Positions 23,856 to 31,877 of a stretch of 34,917 bases of DNA are shown one piece after another (the stretch's first letter is position 1; every line of letters starts with the position of its first letter). The translations under genes were made by a program, and so were the position numbers. The notes below the pieces were generated by a model. That model saw only the letters and a program-made list of their open reading frames with translations. It had not been told where the DNA came from and did not search any database. The stretch is from a virus: IMG/VR virus record IMGVR_UViG_3300000227_000001, positions 1 to 34,917 of that record. One strand, 5' to 3'.

Positions 23856-25331
23856 CTATTTGCGCAATTTTTTGAGCGCATCAAACAGAGCATTCTGACC
23901 ACGACGCTTGGACTTCACAGCCGCTAGGATCGCCTCATCAATCGTGCCACGAGCCATGATGTGGTGCACGAAGACCTTTTTGCTCTTGTTGCCCTGCCGC
24001 AGCACCCGGCGGATGAACTGATCATAGAGCTCGTAGTCCCAGGTGAGTGAGTGCCAGCAGACGTGGTTGCCCACCTCTTGCAGGTTCAGACCGTGGGCCA
24101 TGGCCTGAGGATGCCCCAGCAAGACAGGCAGGTGTCCAGCATTCCACGCCTTCTCCAGCTCAGCCGAGCGCTTGGCCGTCACGCCGCCGCCGATGTAGGG
24201 CACGTCCTTGCCCAGCCGCTCACGGAGCCGATCGAGGTCATGCTCGAAGTCGTAAGCCACGAGAATGGGTGAGCCCTGCAGCTCCTCGATCAGATCGGCC
24301 AGCGCATCGACTTTCTCAGTGTGCAGGTTCACCCACTCACGCTTGGACTTGGGCAACTTGACCAGGGCTTCAACCTCAGGATCGAGGTAGATGCCGCCGT
24401 TGGCCACCTGCCTGCACTTCATGGAAGCCGCCGCTGCTGTGCTGGCCACGACAACCTTGGCATCGAGCTTGGCGATCAGGTCGTTCTCAAGCCGGTCGTA
24501 CATTTCCATGATCTTCTCAGGCAGGTCCACCCGGATGTTGTTCTCGATCAAGGTGGGCATGTCGAGGTAATCGTCAGCCGCCATGCGCAAAGCGAGCGGG
24601 TTCAGGCGCTCGTAAATCTCTTGCTCGGCACCTTCTCTGATGTTCCAGCTGAAGCCGTCATGGCTAGGCACGAAATACTTCATCCGATAGTGGGTGACGT
24701 ACTGACCTAGCGCACGACCTTGGTCAAGGATGTAACACTGGCCAAACAAGTCCATCAGGCCATTCGATGCCGGCGAGCCTGTCAGACCCCAGCGGCGGCG
24801 GAAGGTGCTGAGCACCAGCTTCAACGCTTTGAAGCGGTTGGTGTTCGTGTGCTTGAACTTGGACAGCTCGTCAACGACCAGCGTGTCGAAACCCAGCTGC
24901 TTCCAGCGGCGCATATCCACGCTGACCTTGGTCTTACCCTGGGCAGTCTTGGTTTTCTCAACCTGCAGCAGCCACTCAAGGCCCTCGGGGTTGATGACGT
25001 AGACGTCAGCCTCGGTCTTGAGCAGCGCGTCCTTGTTCGGCCCGTGGAGGACGCAGACACGGATGCCGCTGAAGTCCTCCCACTTCTCGACCTCCTTGGG
25101 CCACACGCTGTAGCAGACGCGGAGCGGAGCGATCAGCAGGACCTTGTCCAGCAGCTTCTTCTGCTTGAGTAGCTTGATGGCGGCCAGCGTGATACTAGTC
25201 TTGCCTAACCCCGGATCTAAGAACAGCGCAGATGCGTCGTGCTCGAGCAAGAACTTGACGGCTTTCTTTTGATAGGCGTGTGGTTGCCACGGCTTCGATG
25301 ACGGCTTGAAAAGCTCGGATTGCATTGTCAT
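23856..25331 (-). CDS. SNF2-family (DEAD/DEAH-like) ATPase/helicase
   Basis: Q-motif region PHAYQKKAV, Walker A DPGLGKTS, DExx box LVVDELSKF and C-terminal helicase motifs are present. The track start at 25340 is a TTG. In-frame ATGs lie at 25331 and 25325. Confidence 0.85.
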   Translation of the reverse strand: MTMQSELFKPSSKPWQPHAYQKKAVKFLLEHDASALFLDPGLGKTSITLAAIKLLKQKKLLDKVLLIAPLRVCYSVWPKEVEKWEDFSGIRVCVLHGPNKDALLKTEADVYVINPEGLEWLLQVEKTKTAQGKTKVSVDMRRWKQLGFDTLVVDELSKFKHTNTNRFKALKLVLSTFRRRWGLTGSPASNGLMDLFGQCYILDQGRALGQYVTHYRMKYFVPSHDGFSWNIREGAEQEIYERLNPLALRMAADDYLDMPTLIENNIRVDLPEKIMEMYDRLENDLIAKLDAKVVVASTAAAASMKCRQVANGGIYLDPEVEALVKLPKSKREWVNLHTEKVDALADLIEELQGSPILVAYDFEHDLDRLRERLGKDVPYIGGGVTAKRSAELEKAWNAGHLPVLLGHPQAMAHGLNLQEVGNHVCWHSLTWDYELYDQFIRRVLRQGNKSKKVFVHHIMARGTIDEAILAAVKSKRRGQNALFDALKKLRK

Positions 25332-25569
25332 GTACCTCAACTTGGTAGCCCAACTTTCTCAGCTGGGTGTGGATGTAAATCTGCTTGGGCGCAAGTTCTT
25401 CCCCAGGTCGCTTGAACTCAATCAACAACGGACGACCACCGGGCAGCCAGAAGATCCTGTCTGGGTACCCCGTGTCGCCCGGCGTAACGAGCTTGGAACC
25501 TATGATCCCGAGGTGCTTCCACACGAGGTCGCAGGCGTCCTGCTCGATCTTGCTTTCCAGCTGCCTCAT
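25195..25569 (-). CDS. VRR-NUC domain nuclease
   Basis: GYPDRIFWLPGGRPLLIEFKRPGEELAPKQ fits the VRR-NUC PD-(D/E)XK core (D...E.K...Q). The C-terminal ~45 codons overlap the SNF2 start. Confidence 0.8.
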   Translation of the reverse strand: MRQLESKIEQDACDLVWKHLGIIGSKLVTPGDTGYPDRIFWLPGGRPLLIEFKRPGEELAPKQIYIHTQLRKLGYQVEVHDNAIRAFQAVIEAVATTRLSKESRQVLARARRICAVLRSGVRQD

Positions 25570-25757
25570 GGCAGCTTGTGTCTGTCACGGCATGGAGCAC
25601 AGACACCGTTGACCAACCTTGCTGACCACTCGCCGCAAAGATCGCAGTCGCCTGGCCGCCCTGCTGGCATCTGACTGGCCTGCTCGCGTATCTTCTTCAC
25701 CCACGCGGCTTCAAGTACCTCATCACACTCCAGCTGACGATCAATTTCATCTACCAT
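25566..25757 (-). CDS. Small zinc-ribbon-like protein (63 aa; CDLCG...CAPC)
   Basis: Two CxxC pairs are present. ATGA coupling links it to the VRR-NUC gene, and its start lies 3 nt after the upstream stop. Confidence 0.65.
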   Translation of the reverse strand: MVDEIDRQLECDEVLEAAWVKKIREQASQMPAGRPGDCDLCGEWSARLVNGVCAPCRDRHKLP

Positions 25758-25760
25758 TGG

Positions 25761-26291
25761 TCACCCCAGCAACTCGATTGCGTGGAAGGCCTGAGACTTG
25801 GCATCGTCCAACGCGTTGTGGCAGGTGCCTTGGCGCTGCATCTTGATCGACGGCTTCAGGCTCTTCAACGTGCGGTAGCAGCGGTTGTTCCAGAACTCCC
25901 ACGGCAGTGGCTTCTCGACGGAGGCGTAACAAGCCGTGAGGATGGCGTTGTCGAAGTCCGATCCGTTGCCCCAGACCTTGACCTTCTTGAGGTCGAACTG
26001 GCTGAGGTACTTGGTTAGCTCCTCCAGCGCCTCGGGCAGCACCTTGTTGCCACTGGCAGCTCGTGCCTGCTTGAGGACCTTCTGCGCCTCGGGGTTTTGC
26101 TTCTCCCACCAAGCGATCGTGTCCGGGTCGATGTGCAGGCCTGCCTTCTCGCAGCTGTCCAGGCGCACGACCGTGTACAGCTCAGGACCCAGCTCCTTGG
26201 CCTTGGCGTCGAAGGCCACTGCCCCAATGGACAGGATGGCGCAGCCAGCGCGGCGGCCCAGGGTCTCAAGGTCAATCATCACGTGTTCCAT
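25761..26291 (-). CDS. DEDD-family 3'-5' exonuclease (Rv2179c-like)
   Basis: It has IDLETLG (Exo I), IGAV, TIAWW and a C-terminal HNALDDA (Exo III). ATG at 26291 has a GAGGAG RBS at 6 nt. The longer track ORF overlaps the upstream gene. Confidence 0.8.
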   Translation of the reverse strand: MEHVMIDLETLGRRAGCAILSIGAVAFDAKAKELGPELYTVVRLDSCEKAGLHIDPDTIAWWEKQNPEAQKVLKQARAASGNKVLPEALEELTKYLSQFDLKKVKVWGNGSDFDNAILTACYASVEKPLPWEFWNNRCYRTLKSLKPSIKMQRQGTCHNALDDAKSQAFHAIELLG

Positions 26292-26301
26292 GTTCATCTC
26301 C

Positions 26302-27036
26302 TCAGTATTTGCACTGGCCGCCACCGGCAGCCTTGTTGCTGTTGCGGTAAAAACAGAATCGGCACTTGTCGTTCGGGCGGGGCGCGAACTGCTTATCATT
26401 CAGCATGGCCTTGGTCCGCTTCTTCCACAGCTTCTTGAGCTTGGGGATGTCAGTGCGCGTGAACACCAGCTCAGCGCCAGCCTCAGGGTATGTGATGCCG
26501 AGGTCCAAGTAGGCGAGGCGTGGCTTGACCTGCTGAATGTGCTCGTGAAGAAGCAGGGCGGCCAGCGCGTAGAGCTCCAGCTGCTCGACGTACTCCTCAT
26601 TCATCTCAGGGCGGAACTTGCCCGTCTTCCAGTCCGTGATGATGAGGGTCTCGTCGTCCTGATGGTGGGCGCAATCAATCTTGATGCGCACAACGCACTC
26701 TGCCCAATTATCCCACTGTGTTTCAGACCAATCTTTTGTGAAAGCCCAGTTGTCTTCGACCACCATGCCGTTGATTTTCTTCTTGTACTGGGCCCGCAGC
26801 TTCTTGAACTCGTCAGCAAACAGCTTGAGTTCAGGCGGCAACGAGCGGCCCTCACCCTTGATGTACTTCTCAGCCAACTTGTGGATGGCGTCGCCGCGCA
26901 CCATGGCCTCATTGCCCGGCTCGCGTATATGATCGATCGCGCTGAGTTTCAGCTTCAACGGGCATTGCTTGTACGTGCTGTAGCGGCTGAACGACCAGCT
27001 GGTGACCTGCTTGATCGGGATGGTTTTCTTGTTCAT
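26302..27036 (-). CDS. Cas4/RecB-like PD-(D/E)XK nuclease with four-Cys cluster
   Basis: The N-terminal Cys lies in YKQCPLK and the nuclease core is ITDWKTGK. The C-terminal CRFC...C pattern suggests an Fe-S cluster. Confidence 0.75.
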   Translation of the reverse strand: MNKKTIPIKQVTSWSFSRYSTYKQCPLKLKLSAIDHIREPGNEAMVRGDAIHKLAEKYIKGEGRSLPPELKLFADEFKKLRAQYKKKINGMVVEDNWAFTKDWSETQWDNWAECVVRIKIDCAHHQDDETLIITDWKTGKFRPEMNEEYVEQLELYALAALLLHEHIQQVKPRLAYLDLGITYPEAGAELVFTRTDIPKLKKLWKKRTKAMLNDKQFAPRPNDKCRFCFYRNSNKAAGGGQCKY

Positions 27037-28946
27037 AGGATCTTTCCTCGTTTGTCGTAATCCTGGAGTTCGTCCCAGTTGGTTGATGAAATTGAGCCTT
27101 CGCTCAGGATAGGGACGTCGAACTCCACCCCTTCCATGGCTTGGCGCAGCACCTCCATCTCAGTCTTCATGATCTTCTTCGGCACGCTGACTGTGATTTG
27201 GTCATGAACGCTGAGGATGATCTTCGCCTCAGGGTGCTTGGCGGCGTGGTAGCTGATGATCGCGGCTTTGGTGCAGTCGGCAGCCGAGCCTTGAATGAGC
27301 ACGTTCACGAGCTTGTAGTCAAACTCCTGGATGCGCCCGTTGATCAGCTTGGGTTCCTCGCAGTAGTACTCACGCCCACCCCAGGTGCGGATAGGCTGCT
27401 TGAACTTAGCGCGGACCTTCATGTCCTTGTACATGTCACGCAGCCCCGGGTACAGCTGCAAGATGGCCTTCTTCAGCTCAGCTGACTCCTCGACCGTCAT
27501 GCCGTTGCGCTCAGCCAGCTTGCCCACGCCCATGCCGTAAATCAGACCCAGGTTCGTGTTCTTCACCGGCTTGCGGTCGTAGAACTTGCCCATCTTTTCG
27601 AGCTCCGCCTTGGCGTAGTCGTGGAAGTCAATCCACGGGTTCTCGAGGTACTTCTCCATAAGGGCGCCGCCATCGAAGTGGGCGAGGATCCGAGGCTCCT
27701 GCTGCGAGTAGTCGCGGTCGATCATCACGTGCCCGGGGAAGGGCGTGATGTAGCTCCGCACCTTGGGCAGCGGAGGCAGGTCCTTGAACGGGCACTTGGG
27801 CAGCTTCTTGTCGGGCGCCTCGTGGTGGAAGATCGGCTGGAACTCCTTCGGGATGTTCTGGAAGTTCGGCGTCGATGACAGGCGACCAGTCCGCGTGCCG
27901 ACGTTGGTGTCGCCTGACGGGGTCTTGGTCTGGTTCCAGGTCGTGAAGATCAGACCATCTGAGGCCTCGGCCGTCGCCAGCCAGGGTTGCATGAAGGTGT
28001 TCAGGCAGGTGTTCAGCTGGGTGCGGTACTTGAGGATGGCCAGCAGGACCTTGTCAGTGACCCCTTGCAGCAGAGCCTCCTTGTTCGTCTGGAACTTGCC
28101 AGTCGGGGTCCGCGGCACCAGATCGGGATCAGCTTTGCCAGACAGCACCATGGCATCGACGAGCTGCTGTCCAGAATCGAGGTTGATGTCGGGGCTGGCC
28201 TTCAGGGTCTTGATGATCCAGAGGTTGATCTTGTCGCGCCACTCGTTGTACATGGCCACATCGTTGCGCAGCCGCTTGAGGTCCACGGGCAGACCTTGGC
28301 GCTCCATCTCCAGCAAGATGGGCATGAGCTGGCGCTCGCGGTCGTAGGCGGCCAACATGCCACGCTCAACCGTCCTCTTCCAAAGCAGGTTGAAGATAGC
28401 CTCAGTCCTGTCAACGTCGCCGTTGGCGTACGTGCCCACAAGGCCGCCAGGTGCGTAGGCGATGTAGCGGCCGAAGTAGTGCTCAGATGACCTCGACTTG
28501 CTGATCTTGACGCCTGGGACCGGCTGGTGCTCAATCAGCCAGTCACCCACAGCATCGCGCTCCTCAGCCGGCATGTTGAGCAGGCGGGCCGCAGCAGGCT
28601 TCAGGCCCAGCTCAATCTGGTGGGGGTCGTCGAGGAACAGCAGAAAGAGGGTATCATGGACGCGTTCCCAGCTGGGGACAGCCAGACCAAAATGGACGTC
28701 AGCCACGTCCACGTCGAACTTGCCGTTATGGAACAGGACGCCGTCCTTGTGCGCGTAGGCCTTAGCCAGCTCAGCGGCTGCTTCAGACCAACAGCAGTTG
28801 TTGCCCTCAGAATGGCCGAAGGCGTAGTACCTGGCCTTCTTGCCTGGGTACTTGATCGAAACACCAACGGGCATCGGCGGGTACTTGGGCCTGTCCTCAA
28901 TACCGAATGTTTCAAAATCCAAACACACTGGTTTAGGCTGCTTCAT
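27033..28946 (-). CDS. Family A DNA polymerase with N-terminal 3'-5' exonuclease domain
   Basis: Exo I is CLDFETFG, motif A is DYSQQEPRILAH, motif B is RKPVKNTNLGLIYGMG and motif C is SVHDQI. Confidence 0.95.
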   Translation of the reverse strand: MKQPKPVCLDFETFGIEDRPKYPPMPVGVSIKYPGKKARYYAFGHSEGNNCCWSEAAAELAKAYAHKDGVLFHNGKFDVDVADVHFGLAVPSWERVHDTLFLLFLDDPHQIELGLKPAAARLLNMPAEERDAVGDWLIEHQPVPGVKISKSRSSEHYFGRYIAYAPGGLVGTYANGDVDRTEAIFNLLWKRTVERGMLAAYDRERQLMPILLEMERQGLPVDLKRLRNDVAMYNEWRDKINLWIIKTLKASPDINLDSGQQLVDAMVLSGKADPDLVPRTPTGKFQTNKEALLQGVTDKVLLAILKYRTQLNTCLNTFMQPWLATAEASDGLIFTTWNQTKTPSGDTNVGTRTGRLSSTPNFQNIPKEFQPIFHHEAPDKKLPKCPFKDLPPLPKVRSYITPFPGHVMIDRDYSQQEPRILAHFDGGALMEKYLENPWIDFHDYAKAELEKMGKFYDRKPVKNTNLGLIYGMGVGKLAERNGMTVEESAELKKAILQLYPGLRDMYKDMKVRAKFKQPIRTWGGREYYCEEPKLINGRIQEFDYKLVNVLIQGSAADCTKAAIISYHAAKHPEAKIILSVHDQITVSVPKKIMKTEMEVLRQAMEGVEFDVPILSEGSISSTNWDELQDYDKRGKIL

Positions 28947-29155
28947 GATGCCTTGGCCTCGAGCTCGGCGCGCTCACGATCGGCGCGGACTTTGTTGAAT
29001 CTGCTGTGAATCCGCTTGATGAACTGCTTGCGCCTGCGCCCCTCCAGCTCCTCTTTCAACAACGCCTCGCAGACCGGTTCACCAGCCTCACGAAGCGCAT
29101 CGTTCAGTGCTAGCCAAGACTGCAAGGCTGGGTTGTTCACCGGCTTCTTCTTCAT
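28943..29155 (-). CDS. Hypothetical protein (70 aa, basic helical)
   Basis: An aggag RBS precedes it and ATGA coupling links it to the DNA polymerase gene. Confidence 0.65.
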   Translation of the reverse strand: MKKKPVNNPALQSWLALNDALREAGEPVCEALLKEELEGRRRKQFIKRIHSRFNKVRADRERAELEAKAS

Positions 29156-29172
29156 AGCTGTTGCTCCTGTGT

Positions 29173-29223
29173 CAAAAGACCCGGCAGGTCTGGCGGGAGG
29201 AGGTTACCGTCAGACCTGCCGGG
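29173..29223 (-). terminator. Intrinsic terminator (13-bp GC-rich stem plus U-tract) after the 29242 gene
   Basis: cccggcaggtctg (29180-29192) pairs perfectly with cagacctgccggg (29211-29223) across an 18-nt loop. On the minus strand the stem is followed by TCTTTTG. Confidence 0.75.
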
Positions 29224-29241
29224 CAAAGACGGCTACTGCAA

Positions 29242-30060
29242 TCAGTACTTGCGACCGCGAGCAGGCATAGCTGCTGCGCGGCTGCCGCGCTTCGGAGGAG
29301 GTGCCTTCTCCTCGTCAGCTGGCTGGTACGGGAATTCGATGGTGGCCTTCGCCTCCTCGTGACGCTGCATGATGACGCCCATCAGCTCGTCAGGGATGTT
29401 CATGATCGGCTCGAAGACGACCTTGAACTGGGTCTTCGGATCGGGAACGACCTTGACCTTGGTGACGATGCCGAAGGGTGGCCGACGCAGAGCACCAGCC
29501 ACCTGCTTGACAAAGCTGGCGTAGCCCTTGACCGAAGTGACGGGCAGCTTCATGAAGCCGATCGCAGTCGAGGCGAAGTGCTCCTCTTCCTCAAACAGCT
29601 CGAATTTGCCAGCCTGATTGAACGAGCCAGCCGGGATCATCGCCAGACGGCGCGTCTCACGAGCTGCCTTGCCGCGACCAATATCGGCCGAGCCCCACTG
29701 GCAGACGTCCGACTCGATGCACAGCTTGCCGGCGAACTCAGGATCGGAGTTCTCGTGCCAGGTCATCGTCTTCTCATCGCGGCCGAAGGCGAATGCCGTC
29801 GGGCTCTGAGGGGCGTCGGGGTCGTACTTGCCTTTGTAGTAGGTGGTCTCGAAGATGCTATCCAGGATGACGACTGCCATCTGGTTGTTCGGCAGCGGGG
29901 CGTCTTGCCAGGAGAGGACGCCGCCCTTCAGGCTGAAGAACTGACCGCCGCCAGTGTTGGCTTCCATGCCAGCCGCAATATCGGCCTGCTTGGCCAGTTC
30001 TTCGTCCCACTTGACTAGGGCGGTGGATTCGGATGCCGTTGCTTTTTTGGTTGTTGCCAT
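29242..30060 (-). CDS. Conserved replication-module protein of unknown function (possible ssDNA-binding/annealing protein)
   Basis: 272 aa with an aggag RBS, followed by a strong terminator, which implies high expression. The functional guess rests on position only. Confidence 0.7.
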   Translation of the reverse strand: MATTKKATASESTALVKWDEELAKQADIAAGMEANTGGGQFFSLKGGVLSWQDAPLPNNQMAVVILDSIFETTYYKGKYDPDAPQSPTAFAFGRDEKTMTWHENSDPEFAGKLCIESDVCQWGSADIGRGKAARETRRLAMIPAGSFNQAGKFELFEEEEHFASTAIGFMKLPVTSVKGYASFVKQVAGALRRPPFGIVTKVKVVPDPKTQFKVVFEPIMNIPDELMGVIMQRHEEAKATIEFPYQPADEEKAPPPKRGSRAAAMPARGRKY

Positions 30061-30144
30061 GATTAGGAACTCCTAACTAGTTACACGTTCGCGGGGTTGA
30101 AGAACCAACCGCCTGAGGCCGCGCCCTCAAGCAGCTGGGTTGAG

Positions 30145-30546
30145 CTACACCTTGTTGATGCTGATGGACACGGCGTTGAAGCGCTCGACACCCGGCACCT
30201 CCTCGCCAGCTTCCCAACGCTCCTTGATGGCAGCATCAGTGATGCGACGCTGCATGAGGTCGAACTGGCCGGTCTTCTTGACATACTCGTAGAAGGCGCC
30301 CCAGTCCTTGACCTGCGGGATCTGCTTGGTCACGACCGTCACGCGGGCCAGCTTGCCAGCCACGCCAGAGGCCTCAGACTTAGGCAGCGTGTTGATGATG
30401 TGCTCCTTGAGAGCAGACTCCTCAGCCGCGACCTTGTCAACCTCCTTCTGCATCTCCAGTCGCTTTTGGCGCAGCTGGTACAGACGGTCGGCGCAAGCGC
30501 CCATGGCCTTGGGGAATTTGTACTTGGGGTTCTCGACTTCGCTCAT
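30145..30546 (-). CDS. Hypothetical protein (133 aa)
   Basis: First gene after a promoter, with a gaggag RBS inside the conserved leader ACTTGCTGAGGA. Confidence 0.75.
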   Translation of the reverse strand: MSEVENPKYKFPKAMGACADRLYQLRQKRLEMQKEVDKVAAEESALKEHIINTLPKSEASGVAGKLARVTVVTKQIPQVKDWGAFYEYVKKTGQFDLMQRRITDAAIKERWEAGEEVPGVERFNAVSISINKV

Positions 30547-30577
30547 GATAGCTCCTCAGCAAGTTTAAGGTAGGCCA

Positions 30578-30606
30578 ATCGTATCTCAGACCGGCCTGGT
30601 TGTAAA
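30578..30606 (-). promoter_or_regulatory. Sigma70-like promoter (TTTACA-N17-TACGAT)
   Basis: Read on the minus strand: TTTACA (30606-30601), a 17-nt spacer and TACGAT (30583-30578). The downstream leader is near-identical to that of the 23770 gene. Confidence 0.6.
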
Positions 30607-30613
30607 TAACTAA

Positions 30614-30754
30614 TTATTCGACCGCGATCAACCGACCAGCATCGCTGTCGTGCTCCTCATTTGGCATTGGCTTACACCAGCACTCGAGTGTAAGCTCGTG
30701 CTCGCTCAGGTCGTTGACCGGCACGACATGGTAGCGGCGAGGGCTATTGAACAT
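30614..30754 (-). CDS. Small hypothetical protein (46 aa; H..L.LECWCKP motif)
   Basis: ATG at 30754 overlaps the end of the DnaJ-like gene. The upstream part of the track ORF lies inside that gene. Confidence 0.5.
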   Translation of the reverse strand: MFNSPRRYHVVPVNDLSEHELTLECWCKPMPNEEHDSDAGRLIAVE

Positions 30755-31025
30755 GCCCGGTTCCTCCGCAGGCCATGCAGGGCATGTCGATCGAGCTGAA
30801 CCCACGGCTTTGCTTGATCTTGCCGGTTCCGTTGCACTGAGGGCACGCCTTGGGTGCCGAGGCTTCCTCCATGGCGATCTTGTAGGCCTTGCGAATCTCG
30901 TTGAAGTCGCAAGGATTCCCTCCGCGATCGGGGTGGTTCACCATGACCAGCTCGCGCCACTTCGCCTTGACTTCGTCAGGCGTCGCGGTCTCAGGCAAGC
31001 CTAAAGCCGTGAACGCCTTGCTCAT
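30744..31025 (-). CDS. Mini-DnaJ: J-domain with HPD motif fused to two CxxCxGxG zinc-finger repeats
   Basis: The J-domain is LGLPETATPDEVKAKWRELVMVNHPDRGG. The zinc-finger repeats are CPQCNGTG and CMACGGTG. Confidence 0.85.
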   Translation of the reverse strand: MSKAFTALGLPETATPDEVKAKWRELVMVNHPDRGGNPCDFNEIRKAYKIAMEEASAPKACPQCNGTGKIKQSRGFSSIDMPCMACGGTGHVQ

Positions 31026-31031
31026 AAATGA

Positions 31032-31283
31032 TCACGCCTCCAGTTCATTGCTGAGCACCTCGTCAAGCTTGTTGGCGTACCAGATGGCCTTGCGGTTGTC
31101 CTCGACCGCGCTGTCCTTCTTGCCCAGGCGCCACTGGTACTTGATGACCTGGCCACGCAGAAAACCGATGAACTGCTCCCGGCCCAGGGCAGCGCGGATG
31201 GCGTCGATGCACTCGACCCCGTTGTCGGTCTCAGCGTAGTGCGGCGGGTGGTTGACCATGTCCTTCAGACGGACTTGGCTCAT
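31032..31283 (-). CDS. DUF3310-family protein
   Basis: VNHPPHYAETDNGVECIDAI ... VIKYQWRLGKKD ... DNRKAIWYANKL fits the DUF3310 pattern. ATGA coupling at 31280-31283 sets the start. Confidence 0.8.
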   Translation of the reverse strand: MSQVRLKDMVNHPPHYAETDNGVECIDAIRAALGREQFIGFLRGQVIKYQWRLGKKDSAVEDNRKAIWYANKLDEVLSNELEA

Positions 31284-31495
31284 TCTTCCGCGTCCTTCAC
31301 GTCGGTTTCGGCGCACAAGATGTTGATGAACTCGAGCAGGTCGGCCTTGGCAACCGGGATGTCGGTCTGCTCAATCTTGACGTCCTTCTTCTTGCAGCCC
31401 AGCTGCTCGACCAGTGCATTGCGGGTAGTGCGGGCGTCGGCATTCGTGGCAGCGTAGCGCTTGGCACCAGGGCCTGTTACGAGGTAGCAACGCAT
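31280..31495 (-). CDS. Hypothetical protein (71 aa)
   Basis: An aaggag RBS precedes it. It is the first gene after the 31530-31560 hairpin. Confidence 0.65.
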   Translation of the reverse strand: MRCYLVTGPGAKRYAATNADARTTRNALVEQLGCKKKDVKIEQTDIPVAKADLLEFINILCAETDVKDAEE

Positions 31496-31520
31496 GATAA
31501 ACTCCTTATTTACATTGAGG

Positions 31521-31560
31521 TGAAAAGAAAGGCGCCTTTGAACTGAGCTCCTTGGCGCCT
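31521..31560 (-). terminator. Candidate intrinsic terminator after the 31578 gene
   Basis: aggcgcc (31530-31536) pairs with ggcgcct (31554-31560) across a 17-nt loop. On the minus strand the stem is followed by TTCTTTTC. Confidence 0.5.
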
Positions 31561-31577
31561 CACTGGGCAGAGGCTGC

Positions 31578-31784
31578 TTACGCAGCTTCCTTGATGCCGG
31601 CGGTCACGCTCTTCAGCGCTTCTTTCACAGCCTTGGCTGCGGCCTTGTCTTCCGGCAGCTTGGTGCCCTTGACCACTGCCAAGCAACGCTTGGTCTCGGC
31701 CTTGACGGCCTTGGCCACTTCCTTTTCGATCGCGGCCTGCACAGCTTCGTCGGCCAGGGCGGCTTTCACTTCTTTTGCGTTCAT
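31578..31784 (-). CDS. Small Ala/Lys-rich helical protein (68 aa) in its own promoter-to-terminator unit
   Basis: ATG at 31784 follows ggagtgaatatc. The track ORF extends upstream through an alternative start. The gene is flanked by promoter 31841-31869 and hairpin 31530-31560. Confidence 0.7.
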   Translation of the reverse strand: MNAKEVKAALADEAVQAAIEKEVAKAVKAETKRCLAVVKGTKLPEDKAAAKAVKEALKSVTAGIKEAA

Positions 31785-31840
31785 GATATTCACTCCAGGT
31801 GGTTGATGAAAGCTTTGGGACGGTTCCCTCAGTAATTGCA

Positions 31841-31869
31841 TTTTACGCCGCGGGACCGCCGTCGTAAAC
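31841..31869 (-). promoter_or_regulatory. Sigma70-like promoter (TTTACG-N17-TAAAAT)
   Basis: Read on the minus strand: TTTACG (31869-31864), a 17-nt GC-rich spacer and TAAAAT (31846-31841). Confidence 0.6.
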
Positions 31870-31877
31870 ATGTGGTT

